From Polyangiaceae bacterium (GTDB lineage: Bacteria > Myxococcota_A > Polyangia > Polyangiales > Polyangiaceae), in NCBI GenBank assembly GCA_044376115.1, contig JBILLK010000011.1:96001-160000 (forward strand): 64,000 bases of DNA, in the 5' to 3' direction. Position 1 is the first letter of the stretch. Each line of letters begins with the position of its first letter. The notes under the pieces were generated by a model. That model ran no database searches and had not been told where the DNA came from. It saw only the letters and a list, made by a program, of their open reading frames with translations. Shown in pieces: positions 38,140 to 46,958 of this stretch. Position numbers and translations under genes: made by a program.

Positions 38140-38591
38140 TTCAACCGAAGGTTGATGCAGCAAACAAAATGACTCGTGCCCTCTTCGAGAAAAACGGCCG
38201 CAGGCCCCGTTGGACGCTCAACTTGGCACGAGTCATTCAACCGAAGGTTGATGCAGCAAACAAATGACTCGTGCCCTCTTCGAGAAAAACGGCCGAAGGC
38301 CCCGTTGGACGCTCGACTTGGCACGAGTCATTCAACCGAAGGTTGATGCAGCAAACAAAATGACTCGTGCCCTCTTCGAGAAAAACGGCCGAAGGCCCCG
38401 TTGGACGCTCGACTTGGCACGAGTCATTCAACCGAAGGTTGATGCAGCAAACAAAATGACTCGTGCCCTCTTCGTGAAGAACGGCCGAAGGCCCGGTTGG
38501 ACGCTCGACTTGGCACGAGTCATTCCGCCGAAGGCGGATGCAGTGAACAGAATGACTCGGGCCCTCTTCGACAGAAGCGGCCGAAGGCCCC
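38140..38591. repeat. Tandem array of ~4.7 structured 96-bp units (REP/BIME-like)
   Basis: Units start at 38140, 38236, 38331, 38427 and 38523 (periods 96, 95, 96, 96). Each has AATGACTCGTGCC and its reverse complement separated by alternating 44-nt and 26-nt linkers containing GAA-triloop hairpins. Confidence 0.95.
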
Positions 38592-38607
38592 TCGCTAGTG
38601 CAGCGGA

Positions 38608-40890
38608 CTAAGGAGCCTCGACCTCTTCTCCGCGCAGGGCTGCGCGAAGCCGTTGATAGGCGGGCTCGGTCACGATGAAGGTCGCGTCGACGTCATCACG
38701 CCGCGCGTAGACCACGCTGTTGCCCTCGATCGTATCGGCTCCACCGAGCAAAACCGTGAAGCGACCGGAGGTGCTGTCGGAGGCTGAGCCTTTGCGAGGA
38801 GTGACGGTGATCTCGAGGACCGGCTTGTCGAAGCCGAGGCTCGTGGGCGCAGGCCCGACGCCCACCGCGCGGATCGCGACGAGCTCGACCACGGCGCGCT
38901 CGATGCTGGCCGACATCGCTTCGGAGCCGTCTTTGAGGCGCAGTTGGCGCCCCGCGCGAGCTAGCACGCTCTTCTTGCCTGCGGAGTCGAGCACGACCTC
39001 GTCGGCGGTCGAGAGGTCGATGGTGAAGCTCTCTCTCGAGACGAAGTTGCGGCTGAAGGAAGCGGCCTTCTCGAACGGTAAGAGAAAGACACCGCTCTCC
39101 TGATTTTGCGCGCCAGCGAGCCCTGCGTTGGTGCCGGTGGCCATGGCGTAGATGCCCTCGTCACTGCGTGCACCCAGCAAGAGTTCGATAGTGCGCGACG
39201 AGCCCTCGTTCTCCGAGACCCGACCTTTGACCACCACGCGTGGCTTGTCGAAGCCGTGGATGGGTGACGGCTCGGCTGCGACCCAGCGTGAAGCGCGCAG
39301 CGTCGCCAGCGCGTTGAAGGCCTCGAGGGCGTACGGTTCGTCAGCGGAGAGGCCCTTGCCCGAGGGTTCCTTGAGCGAGAAGCCCGCGCCGTTGCGCTCC
39401 AGGATCTGCCGCTTGTTCGAGCGCTCGAGCGTTAGTTGGTCAAGATTGATCGGCGCAATGCCGAAGATTGTTAGGTCGCGGAGCACGAGGTCGCTTGGCT
39501 CGAGAGCGGCGGCGACGCTGGCTTCGAGCGCGACTTTCTGACCGTCCTCTTTGCGCAGCACGATCACTTGTTGATCCACGACGGCGCCAACCTCGAGCTC
39601 CTCGAGGCGATCGGGACTGGCGGTGCTGCGCTCGGAAGCTCCTGAGCGGACTTTGACGATGGTGATGGGCTCTGCGAGCGGTGTGTCGGCGGCGACGAGT
39701 TTGCCGCGTGCGTTCTGGATGTCGCGCAAGAGCTCATTGCCGACCTCGGCCTCGATGTCCATCTCGGTTGGCTTGCGCACTTTGAAACCGGTACCTAGCC
39801 GCGCCATCTCCAGCGTCTTGTCGCCGCGCACGATCGAAAGTTCGATCACCTCGTCGACCACGGCGCCGATCACGCCGTCGTCTTCGAACTCCGCCGCTTC
39901 GCGCAGCAGCGGATCGAGGATGCCTTCGGGTACGCAGGCCGTGAGCCAGGTGGGCTTCTCACGCACGACGACCATCAGGCCGGGTTTACCGGGGCAGGCA
40001 CCCCCGACCTTGAGGATGCCGGGCTCGCCTTGCTTGGGCACCATGGTGATGGTGACGCGCGGTGCGGACGCTGTTTTTGCCGTGGCTTCGTCCAAGAAGG
40101 TCTCCGCCTGCATTTTGCCGAGCGAGACCAGCACCTGGTCGAGGCGGCCGCCGTCAACCCTGGAGCCTGGTCGCCCTTCCGAGTCCTTGGCGAAACGAAA
40201 GCCGCTGCCGCGTCCCCCGTTCCAGGGCGCGCGCTCGAACTTGCGTTTTCCGCCTTCGCCTTCGAGGTGAAGCTCGCTGAGATCGACGCTGAAGTAGGGA
40301 ACAAACGCTCGCGAACGAAGCTCGGCGGGCTGTACCTTCATCGCGAGCGCGGTCGCGCTGGGAATGACGTAAACGCCCGAGCCTTCGACCTCGGCGTAGA
40401 CGCCGTCTGCGCCCGCGCTGGCGCCCAACTTGACCTTGTAGTTGAGCTTGCCCATCGCGAAACTGAAGGTCGCCGAAGGTGCGTTCAAGCCGAGCTTCTC
40501 GCGGTCGATCGCTGCGCCCTCGAGCTTGCGAATCACGCGCGCGAATTGGAAGACCGTCAGCAGTTTGTCTACCGTCTGCTCTTCGGCTGGGAGCGTTTGG
40601 CCGTTGTGGCTCATCGACCAAGGGCGGCTCGGTTGCTCACCCTCGGCGCGACTCAAAGTGTAGCTGACGTCATCGAAGGAGACCTCGAGCTTGCTGACGT
40701 CGTCGAGCCGCCAGGCCGGCATCAGTTGGTTCTTGCGCTCATCCACCTCTTTGGTGGTGAGCGAGTCACTGTCGTAGAGCACGTAGCCGCCGAACCCGAG
40801 CGCGAGGGTGGACAACACCACGGCGCTCGTGTGCTTGCGGAGGAACGATGGTTTCTCGGCGGGCTTGGCTGGCTTCTTCTCGGCAGGCAT
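38608..40890 (-). CDS. DUF4340-type membrane-anchored protein with repeated domains
   Basis: N-terminal TM helix and repeated modules (W......A....V..LL, GL/F..P, L.LG...G.YA). Typical position after gldG-like genes. Start moved to MPAEKK, which overlaps the upstream stop by 1 nt. Confidence 0.75.
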   Translation of the reverse strand: MPAEKKPAKPAEKPSFLRKHTSAVVLSTLALGFGGYVLYDSDSLTTKEVDERKNQLMPAWRLDDVSKLEVSFDDVSYTLSRAEGEQPSRPWSMSHNGQTLPAEEQTVDKLLTVFQFARVIRKLEGAAIDREKLGLNAPSATFSFAMGKLNYKVKLGASAGADGVYAEVEGSGVYVIPSATALAMKVQPAELRSRAFVPYFSVDLSELHLEGEGGKRKFERAPWNGGRGSGFRFAKDSEGRPGSRVDGGRLDQVLVSLGKMQAETFLDEATAKTASAPRVTITMVPKQGEPGILKVGGACPGKPGLMVVVREKPTWLTACVPEGILDPLLREAAEFEDDGVIGAVVDEVIELSIVRGDKTLEMARLGTGFKVRKPTEMDIEAEVGNELLRDIQNARGKLVAADTPLAEPITIVKVRSGASERSTASPDRLEELEVGAVVDQQVIVLRKEDGQKVALEASVAAALEPSDLVLRDLTIFGIAPINLDQLTLERSNKRQILERNGAGFSLKEPSGKGLSADEPYALEAFNALATLRASRWVAAEPSPIHGFDKPRVVVKGRVSENEGSSRTIELLLGARSDEGIYAMATGTNAGLAGAQNQESGVFLLPFEKAASFSRNFVSRESFTIDLSTADEVVLDSAGKKSVLARAGRQLRLKDGSEAMSASIERAVVELVAIRAVGVGPAPTSLGFDKPVLEITVTPRKGSASDSTSGRFTVLLGGADTIEGNSVVYARRDDVDATFIVTEPAYQRLRAALRGEEVEAP

Positions 40891-42572
40891 CAGGCTTTGA
40901 CCTTGGCGGCTTTGCGCACGCGGCGCCGGTAGAAGATGAAAATCCCTGCGACCGCGGTCAAGAACGGGATCAGCACGACGACGTAGCGAAAGGTCTGCGT
41001 GAGCGCCTCTTCCGTCAGGCGAAGACCGGTGGTTTTGATCGGCTTGTCGGGGATGTCGAGGAACTGCTCGTGGCCGGCGAGCCAAGAGATGGCGCCGTCG
41101 GTAAATAGCGAGGTCCCGTACAGCTCAGGCGTGGTGAGAGTGGCTCCCCATAGCGGGACGGCCGAGGCGATCACCACCACGCGAGCTCCGCGATCTTTGC
41201 CGGGCAACTTCGGCCGTTCGGTCGCCGACGCGATGGTGAGAGGACCTTCGTTGTCGGAGGCGGTCGGGGTTAGATCGCGGTCGGCTTCACTGCGATTCCA
41301 GTAGTTCTTTGCGCCGAACGATTTCTTCGAGGTTTGCAGCAGCGGTTCGGGCTTGAGCGCTGAGCCGCTGTCGATGATCGAGCTGGCGAAGGCGAGCGAG
41401 GCGGTGATTCCTTTTTGCTCCTCTTCGATCAGCCGCGAGGTGACGGGGTGTGCGAGCGGCGATGCAAAGAAGATGGTGCCGTCGCCTCGGCTGCCGCGCA
41501 TCGCGGGCTCCCCTTCGAACACGATGTCTTCGTCGACCCTCACTCCGGCCGTTGCGATCACCTCGTCCAGCCCGAGCTTGACCCAGCTCTTGCGCGAGGC
41601 CTCGGGGACCGGCCAGACCACGATCAGCGCGTCGCCGCCCTTTTCGATGAAGTCCTTCATCGCTTGCGCGTGATCGGGGGGAACCGGTGCGCGCGGCGCT
41701 GCGACGACCAGCAGGTTGCAGTCAGCGAGCGGCGCTGCGCGCGTGTCCGCAGGGTCAAACACCGCTTGGACGTCGTAGTTGTTGGTGAGAAGGCGCTGCC
41801 GCACTTCGGCCATGCCCTCGAGCCCGCCCGCCTCGAGCGGTAGCTCGCCGTGGCCGGTGGTGAAGCAGACGGTGGTCTTCTTTTCGGCGCGGACTTGGCG
41901 AATGGCGCTGGTGATTGCGTACTCGAGCCGTGGACGCACGCGCATGTCTTCTGCGTCCTCCACTTTGTAGAACTCGGACTCGAGCACGTAGCGGTGGCTG
42001 TCGCCCTTGACGACGACCATGGCCGCGTTCACCTCGACGCGCCCACCCACCTCGTTGCTCAAGAGACCGTATTTTTTCCGCAGCTCGAACAGTCGCTCTT
42101 GATCGCGATCGGGATCGACGAACTCGATCTTCAGCTTGTCGGTGTGAACCGAGTAGGTATCCAAGATCTCTGCAACGCTGATGCCGGTCGCGTCTCCGCG
42201 CGGGAGCAGCACGAAGATGCTGACCTCCGAATCGAGACCGCGCAGCGTCTCGACCGTGCCGGTGGAGAGGGTGAACTCACCGCCCTTGGTGAAGTCCCAA
42301 CGGGTGAAGTGGCGACCCACATAAATGTTGGCTACCACCGCGAGCAGCACCGCTGCGGCCAAGGAGACCGAGGCTGAGATTTTGGTCGATAGCTCCGAAC
42401 CGCGAGCTTTGGCGCGGTCCGCCGCGGGTTCTTCCGCCGCGGGGCTCTCCGCTTCGGGCGATTCGGTGGCTTCACGTTCTGCGGCGTCAGGCTTGGCAGC
42501 TGCGCCTGGTGCGACTTTCCGCTTCTTCTTTTTCTTGGGCTTCGGCTGAAGCTCCTCGTCGTCTAGCCCCAT
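40890..42572 (-). CDS. GldG-like ABC auxiliary protein
   Basis: RWDFTKGGEFTLS..T, FVDPD, LEYAITSAI, FTTGHGE, C-terminal TM helix followed by RRR. Confidence 0.87.
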   Translation of the reverse strand: MGLDDEELQPKPKKKKKRKVAPGAAAKPDAAEREATESPEAESPAAEEPAADRAKARGSELSTKISASVSLAAAVLLAVVANIYVGRHFTRWDFTKGGEFTLSTGTVETLRGLDSEVSIFVLLPRGDATGISVAEILDTYSVHTDKLKIEFVDPDRDQERLFELRKKYGLLSNEVGGRVEVNAAMVVVKGDSHRYVLESEFYKVEDAEDMRVRPRLEYAITSAIRQVRAEKKTTVCFTTGHGELPLEAGGLEGMAEVRQRLLTNNYDVQAVFDPADTRAAPLADCNLLVVAAPRAPVPPDHAQAMKDFIEKGGDALIVVWPVPEASRKSWVKLGLDEVIATAGVRVDEDIVFEGEPAMRGSRGDGTIFFASPLAHPVTSRLIEEEQKGITASLAFASSIIDSGSALKPEPLLQTSKKSFGAKNYWNRSEADRDLTPTASDNEGPLTIASATERPKLPGKDRGARVVVIASAVPLWGATLTTPELYGTSLFTDGAISWLAGHEQFLDIPDKPIKTTGLRLTEEALTQTFRYVVVLIPFLTAVAGIFIFYRRRVRKAAKVKA

Positions 42573-43309
42573 CGCCAGGCCTCCACGGTTCGGACGGTGG
42601 CAAACAGCGGCAGCACGATGAACGAGCCCCAAAACATGAGGCGGCGCGTATCGAGCAGACCGCGCGAGAGGTCATTCATCAAGGAGGAGACCGAGACGTG
42701 CTCGGCGGCCGAGCGCAGCGCACCTTCTTCGGCGATCGTCGAAAGGAAGCCGACCAAGAAGACCATCAGGATGAAGACCGCCGAACCGACCGCGGCCGAT
42801 AGCTGGTTCGTGGTGAGCGAGCTGGCCAGTGTCCCCACCGAGAGGTAGGCCCCACCAACCAAGAACACGCCGAGGTATCCGGTGCCGACGATGCGCCAAT
42901 CGATCTCGCCGAAGCGGCTGAGGATCACCATGTAAAGCAACGTTGGCGCCCACATGGCGAGGAACACCGTGAAGGTGGCGCCAAACTTTCCGAGCACGAT
43001 CGCCGCTGGGGTGCAGGGCGTCGTCATCAACGCTTCGATCGTTCCGGTGCGCCGTTCTTCCGCAAACAGCCGCATCGTTAGCACCGGGCAGATCAGCACC
43101 AGTGGGAAGTAGAAGAAGACCGAGCCACCAAAGAAGGTCTCGATCGGCCCCGCAGAGCGCACGACATCTTCTGCTGCGCCGAAGCTCACCAGCAAAAAGA
43201 AGAAGAACAGCCCCATGATGATCAAGAAGGCCGTTGAGACGACCCAGGCGATGGGCGTTACGACCAAGCTATGGAGCTCGCGTTTGAAGATCGGTACGAA
43301 GCCCATCAT
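42563..43309 (-). CDS. GldF-like ABC-2 permease
   Basis: IFKREL.S....P.AW, TMRLFAEERRTGTIEAL.T.P, LGKF, SSLT.NQ. Confidence 0.9.
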   Translation of the reverse strand: MMGFVPIFKRELHSLVVTPIAWVVSTAFLIIMGLFFFFLLVSFGAAEDVVRSAGPIETFFGGSVFFYFPLVLICPVLTMRLFAEERRTGTIEALMTTPCTPAAIVLGKFGATFTVFLAMWAPTLLYMVILSRFGEIDWRIVGTGYLGVFLVGGAYLSVGTLASSLTTNQLSAAVGSAVFILMVFLVGFLSTIAEEGALRSAAEHVSVSSLMNDLSRGLLDTRRLMFWGSFIVLPLFATVRTVEAWRWG

Positions 43310-44256
43310 GAGCGGCTCTCCATCGAAGCCTCGGTGAGCTTCGCAAACACGTGCTCGAGCCCGGATTGTGGCAGCACCTCGAGCACGCCGAGCTTGGCTT
43401 CACACAACGCGGCCACGCACTGCTCCACACCAACCTCGCCGAGCTCCGGATCGTTGAAGGCGACCGACGCTCGAACCGAACTTTGGTCGTAACGCTCCAC
43501 GCTCACCTTCTTCACTCCGCTCACTTGGCGCAGCGTCTGCTTGACCTCGGCCTCGCTGCCTCGCACGCGTACGCCCACCCCTTTGGGCTTTTGCAGCGCG
43601 CGCAGCTCTTCCAGCGTACCGTCGGCGACGAGCTCTCCGCGGGCGATCACGACAGCGCGTGAGCACACGGCCTCCACCTCCGAAAGAATGTGCGTCGAGA
43701 GCAGGATGGTGTGCTCTTCACTAAGCTCTTCAATGAGCGCACGGACCTCTCGAATCTGGTTCGGATCGAGCCCGGCCGTTGGTTCATCCAGGATCAGCAG
43801 CGGCGGGTTGGCGACCAACGCATCGGCGATGCCGACCCGTTGGCGAAAGCCCTTGGAAAGCTGGCCAATCAGCACATCGGCGACCTCGACGAGGTTGGCT
43901 GCCTCGAGCGATCGGCGCAAGTTGGAGGCGCGTTTGGCTCGCGGGACCCGCTTGAGTTCGGCCCGGAAGGCGAGGTACTCACGCACGCGCATCTCGGGAT
44001 AAAGCGGCGACGACTCGGGCATGTAGCCGAGCGACTCACGGGCTTTGTCTCCTTCATCGATCACGCTGAAGCCGTTGATCCAAGCCTCCCCGCTGGTGGC
44101 GCCCAAAAAACCAGAGAGCATGCGCAAGGTGGTGCTCTTGCCTGCGCCGTTGGGGCCGAGAAAGCCCACCACTTCGCCAGGGTGGACCTCGAAGGAAAGG
44201 TCTTTCACTGCGCGAAAAGGCCCATAGTCCTTGGACAGGCGCCGGGCCCGGATCAT
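43306..44256 (-). CDS. GldA-like ABC ATP-binding protein
   Basis: GPNGAGKSTT, LSKGFRQRVGIA, LDEPTAGLDPNQI, STHILSEV. Start MIRARR inferred. Confidence 0.93.
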   Translation of the reverse strand: MIRARRLSKDYGPFRAVKDLSFEVHPGEVVGFLGPNGAGKSTTLRMLSGFLGATSGEAWINGFSVIDEGDKARESLGYMPESSPLYPEMRVREYLAFRAELKRVPRAKRASNLRRSLEAANLVEVADVLIGQLSKGFRQRVGIADALVANPPLLILDEPTAGLDPNQIREVRALIEELSEEHTILLSTHILSEVEAVCSRAVVIARGELVADGTLEELRALQKPKGVGVRVRGSEAEVKQTLRQVSGVKKVSVERYDQSSVRASVAFNDPELGEVGVEQCVAALCEAKLGVLEVLPQSGLEHVFAKLTEASMESRS

Positions 44257-44273
44257 CGGTTCTTCGGCGCTCT

Positions 44274-44741
44274 TCACGTGCGCACTCGGAAATTGCCGGG
44301 AAACGTTCGGCCTACGTCGTCGGCGGTTGGGTCGGTCACGATGATCTCCGGCCGGCCGTTTTGCGCGTAGATGATCGTGTTTTGGCGAAAGACGCGGCCG
44401 AAGGCCATCGCTTCGTCGCGGTCCATCGAGTGGACCAGCCAAACCGGCTCGCGGAAGGGCCCTTCTCCGTCGCCCTCGCTGCCCAGCGCGGGCTCCACGC
44501 GGTAGCAGCCGACGATCAAGAGATCCCTCAGCATCATGTGCCGTCCTTCATTGACTCGCCGCGGCAGCAGCATCGAACGGGGATTGTAGGCTGTCAGCAG
44601 CGCGAACCGCTTGGTCAGGAGCTCCGGCAAGGTTCCGGGATCCACAGTGTTTTCACCGTCGAGTGAGACTCGCAGCGGTGCGTCGCGAGAGGGCAGCTCG
44701 TAGACGGTTGAGTAGTAACCGCGCAGAAGGACCTGATCCAT
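44274..44741 (-). CDS. DUF3293-like protein
   Basis: LLTAYNPRS, N, E, FGRVFRQNTI pattern. Confidence 0.72.
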   Translation of the reverse strand: MDQVLLRGYYSTVYELPSRDAPLRVSLDGENTVDPGTLPELLTKRFALLTAYNPRSMLLPRRVNEGRHMMLRDLLIVGCYRVEPALGSEGDGEGPFREPVWLVHSMDRDEAMAFGRVFRQNTIIYAQNGRPEIIVTDPTADDVGRTFPGNFRVRT

Positions 44742-44824
44742 ACCGAGCGATGGGTAGCATTGGCGGGGCGTGGGCTGTAGTCCCGACTTGCCCAAAGAAT
44801 CGCAACCTCGCTACTGTCCCGGAC

Positions 44825-45295
44825 GTGCACCAAGTCGCTCGCCTGGTTGGCTCCGCGGGGGTCCTTCGCAAGACGCTCTGCGGCGTCTTTGGCGTAGGGT
44901 TCGCGCTGGCGCTAGCGGCCTGTGATGGGCCAAAACACGCTGAATGCGAGAAGTTGATGGGGGTGATCAATCGCGGTTTGGACCAGATTGAGACCAGCCA
45001 GCAACAGCTCAAAAACAATCCCGACCGGACGGTTGAGCTGCGAGCGATGGCTGACGCGCTCGAGAAGTTGGCCGCCGAGGCTGGCGCGGTGCCCTTGGAG
45101 ACGCCCGAGCTGCGTGAACTCTCTGGCCGCTACCAGAAAATGGCCAAAGAAGCCGCGCTGCATGCACGCGCCCTGGCTGACGCCGAGAAGGAAAAGAAGC
45201 TCGAGGACGTCAAAAAGGCGAAGACCAGCCTGAACGAGACCTTCAAGCTCGAAGATCCGATCGTGCTCGATCTCAACAAGACCTGCGCGCGCTGA
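44825..45295 (+). CDS. Hypothetical helical-bundle lipoprotein
   Basis: ALALAAC lipobox, a second Cys near each end, charged amphipathic helices. Start uncertain. Confidence 0.65.
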   Translation: MHQVARLVGSAGVLRKTLCGVFGVGFALALAACDGPKHAECEKLMGVINRGLDQIETSQQQLKNNPDRTVELRAMADALEKLAAEAGAVPLETPELRELSGRYQKMAKEAALHARALADAEKEKKLEDVKKAKTSLNETFKLEDPIVLDLNKTCAR

Positions 45296-45327
45296 AAATT
45301 GGTCCGCTGGGCAACGAGCCGGAACGT

Positions 45328-46023
45328 TCAGGCGCCGAAGCGGTAGCCGACGCCGCGCACCGTCAGCAGGTGCTTGGGGCTCTGGGTGTCGTCTTCCAAC
45401 TTCGAGCGCAACTGGAGGATGAAGTTGTCGATCGTGCGGGGCGTTCCGTGATGGGAGGGGCCCCAAACGCGGGTCTGGATCTGTTCACGGGACAGCACCT
45501 TACCCTCCGCGCGAATCAAGCACAGAAGGACGTCGAATTCGGTGGCCGTAAGTTCAACACGAGCTCCAGCGCGAGTGACTTCGCGAGCGTCGACGTCGAT
45601 ATCGATGTCGCCGTAGCGGCGCGACGACTGCGGACGCCGAGCGATGGCGTCCCGCCTCAACACAGCCTTCACTCGCGCCAAGAGCTCAGCCAGACCAAAC
45701 GGCTTGGTGATGTAGTCCTCGGCCCCGAGCTCGAGCCCCATGACTTTGTCCATCTCTGCTCCCCGCGCCGAGAGCATGATGACCGGCACGCTCGAGCCCT
45801 CCTGCCGCAGGGTGCGCACCACCTCGAAGCCGTTCAATTTGGGCAGCATCACGTCAAGTACGACGAGGTCCACGCCTTGACGTGCAAGCGCCAGACCTTG
45901 TTCGCCATCGGCTGCGAGTTGTACTGAGTACCCTTCTGCCGAGAGGTTCATCTCGAGCCCCATGGCGATGCTCGGATCATCCTCGACGACCAAAACCGTC
46001 TTGCTGTTGTTCGGCGGGCTCAC
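45328..46023 (-). CDS. OmpR/PhoB-family response regulator
   Basis: VVEDD, LDVMLP, LSA, KPF, RTIDN....LRSKLE, TVRGVGYRF. Confidence 0.96.
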   Translation of the reverse strand: MSPPNNSKTVLVVEDDPSIAMGLEMNLSAEGYSVQLAADGEQGLALARQGVDLVVLDVMLPKLNGFEVVRTLRQEGSSVPVIMLSARGAEMDKVMGLELGAEDYITKPFGLAELLARVKAVLRRDAIARRPQSSRRYGDIDIDVDAREVTRAGARVELTATEFDVLLCLIRAEGKVLSREQIQTRVWGPSHHGTPRTIDNFILQLRSKLEDDTQSPKHLLTVRGVGYRFGA

Positions 46024-46952
46024 GTTGTCTCCGTCTTTGCTTCTGTGAAGAGCGCTTCGGTGACTGGGCGCTTCCTTGGAAAGGAGAGCGTGAAGGCGCT
46101 TCCGCTGCCGCGCGTGCTCTCGACCTCGACTTTGCCGCGATGGGCTTTCATGACGTGTTGGACGATGGCCAAGCCGAGCCCTGAGCCCTCCCGCTTGCGA
46201 GTGAGCTTGTCGTCGACACGGTAGAACTTGAGAAAGATGCGTTTGTGCTCACCCCGTTCAATGCCGATGCCGTTGTCCCGCACGCAGATGCTCACGTCCT
46301 CCTTGCTGGCGCTGACCTGGATGGTGACTTTGCACGGTGAGCCGCCATATTTGTAGGCGTTCGAGAGCAGGTTCACCAACACGTCGACGATGGCTGCGCG
46401 ATCACAAACCAGCGCGGGCAAGTCCTTCATGAACTCGGTCTTGCATTCGACATCGCGCCCTGTGCGCGTGGGCTCGAAGGACTGAATCGCCTCATCGACG
46501 ACCGCTTGAACATCGTGCGGAGCGAGCTCATAGGTTCGCATACCGCTCTCCATCTTGCCCCAGTCGAGCAGCCGGTCGATCAGCACTTGCAAACGTGCGC
46601 TCTCGCGATCGAGAGCCTCGATGCAGCGCTCCTCCGACTTCAGATCGCCACGCCGCAACTTCAGCGTTTCAGCGAACATTCGAATGGAGGTCAGCGGCGT
46701 TCGAAGCTCGTGGCTCACCTTGGAGACGAAGTCGGCTTGGAGTTCGGAGAGGTTGCGCTCGCGGCGCACGAACACCCAAACCAGGATGACGCCGGTGACG
46801 AGGGTGCCGGTGAAGGTCAGCACCAGAATCCCCATCAACAGCGTGAGCGCCGCTTCACCGACGAAGAGCAGCAGCACGCCGATCGCCGACAGCAATACCG
46901 CGGGCACGATCCCGAGGTAGACCAGAAGCAGAACGATGCGCCGGTAGCCCAC
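46020..46952 (-). CDS. Sensor histidine kinase with two TM helices and almost no periplasmic domain
   Basis: SHELRTPLTSI, NLLSNAYKY, DNGIG, FYRV, GSGLGL. Confidence 0.94.
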   Translation of the reverse strand: MGYRRIVLLLVYLGIVPAVLLSAIGVLLLFVGEAALTLLMGILVLTFTGTLVTGVILVWVFVRRERNLSELQADFVSKVSHELRTPLTSIRMFAETLKLRRGDLKSEERCIEALDRESARLQVLIDRLLDWGKMESGMRTYELAPHDVQAVVDEAIQSFEPTRTGRDVECKTEFMKDLPALVCDRAAIVDVLVNLLSNAYKYGGSPCKVTIQVSASKEDVSICVRDNGIGIERGEHKRIFLKFYRVDDKLTRKREGSGLGLAIVQHVMKAHRGKVEVESTRGSGSAFTLSFPRKRPVTEALFTEAKTETT

Positions 46953-46958
46953 GCTGGC

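Noticed and set aside
38140..38591. CRISPR array
   Set aside because: The whole 96-bp unit repeats, with no unique spacers, and there are no cas genes in the window.
38140..38591. cUUCGg RNA tetraloops on the minus strand of the array
   Set aside because: CCTTCGG is present, but the perfect stem register gives a 3-nt loop. The tetraloop register would mispair the stem, so a DNA GAA triloop fits better.
38264..38611. Plus-strand ORF of 32-aa repeats (MTRALFEKNGRRPRWTLDLARVIQPKVDAANK)
   Set aside because: One unit is 95 bp, which breaks the frame. The substitutions preserve base pairing rather than amino acids, and there is no clear RBS. It is most likely a by-product of the 96-bp period.
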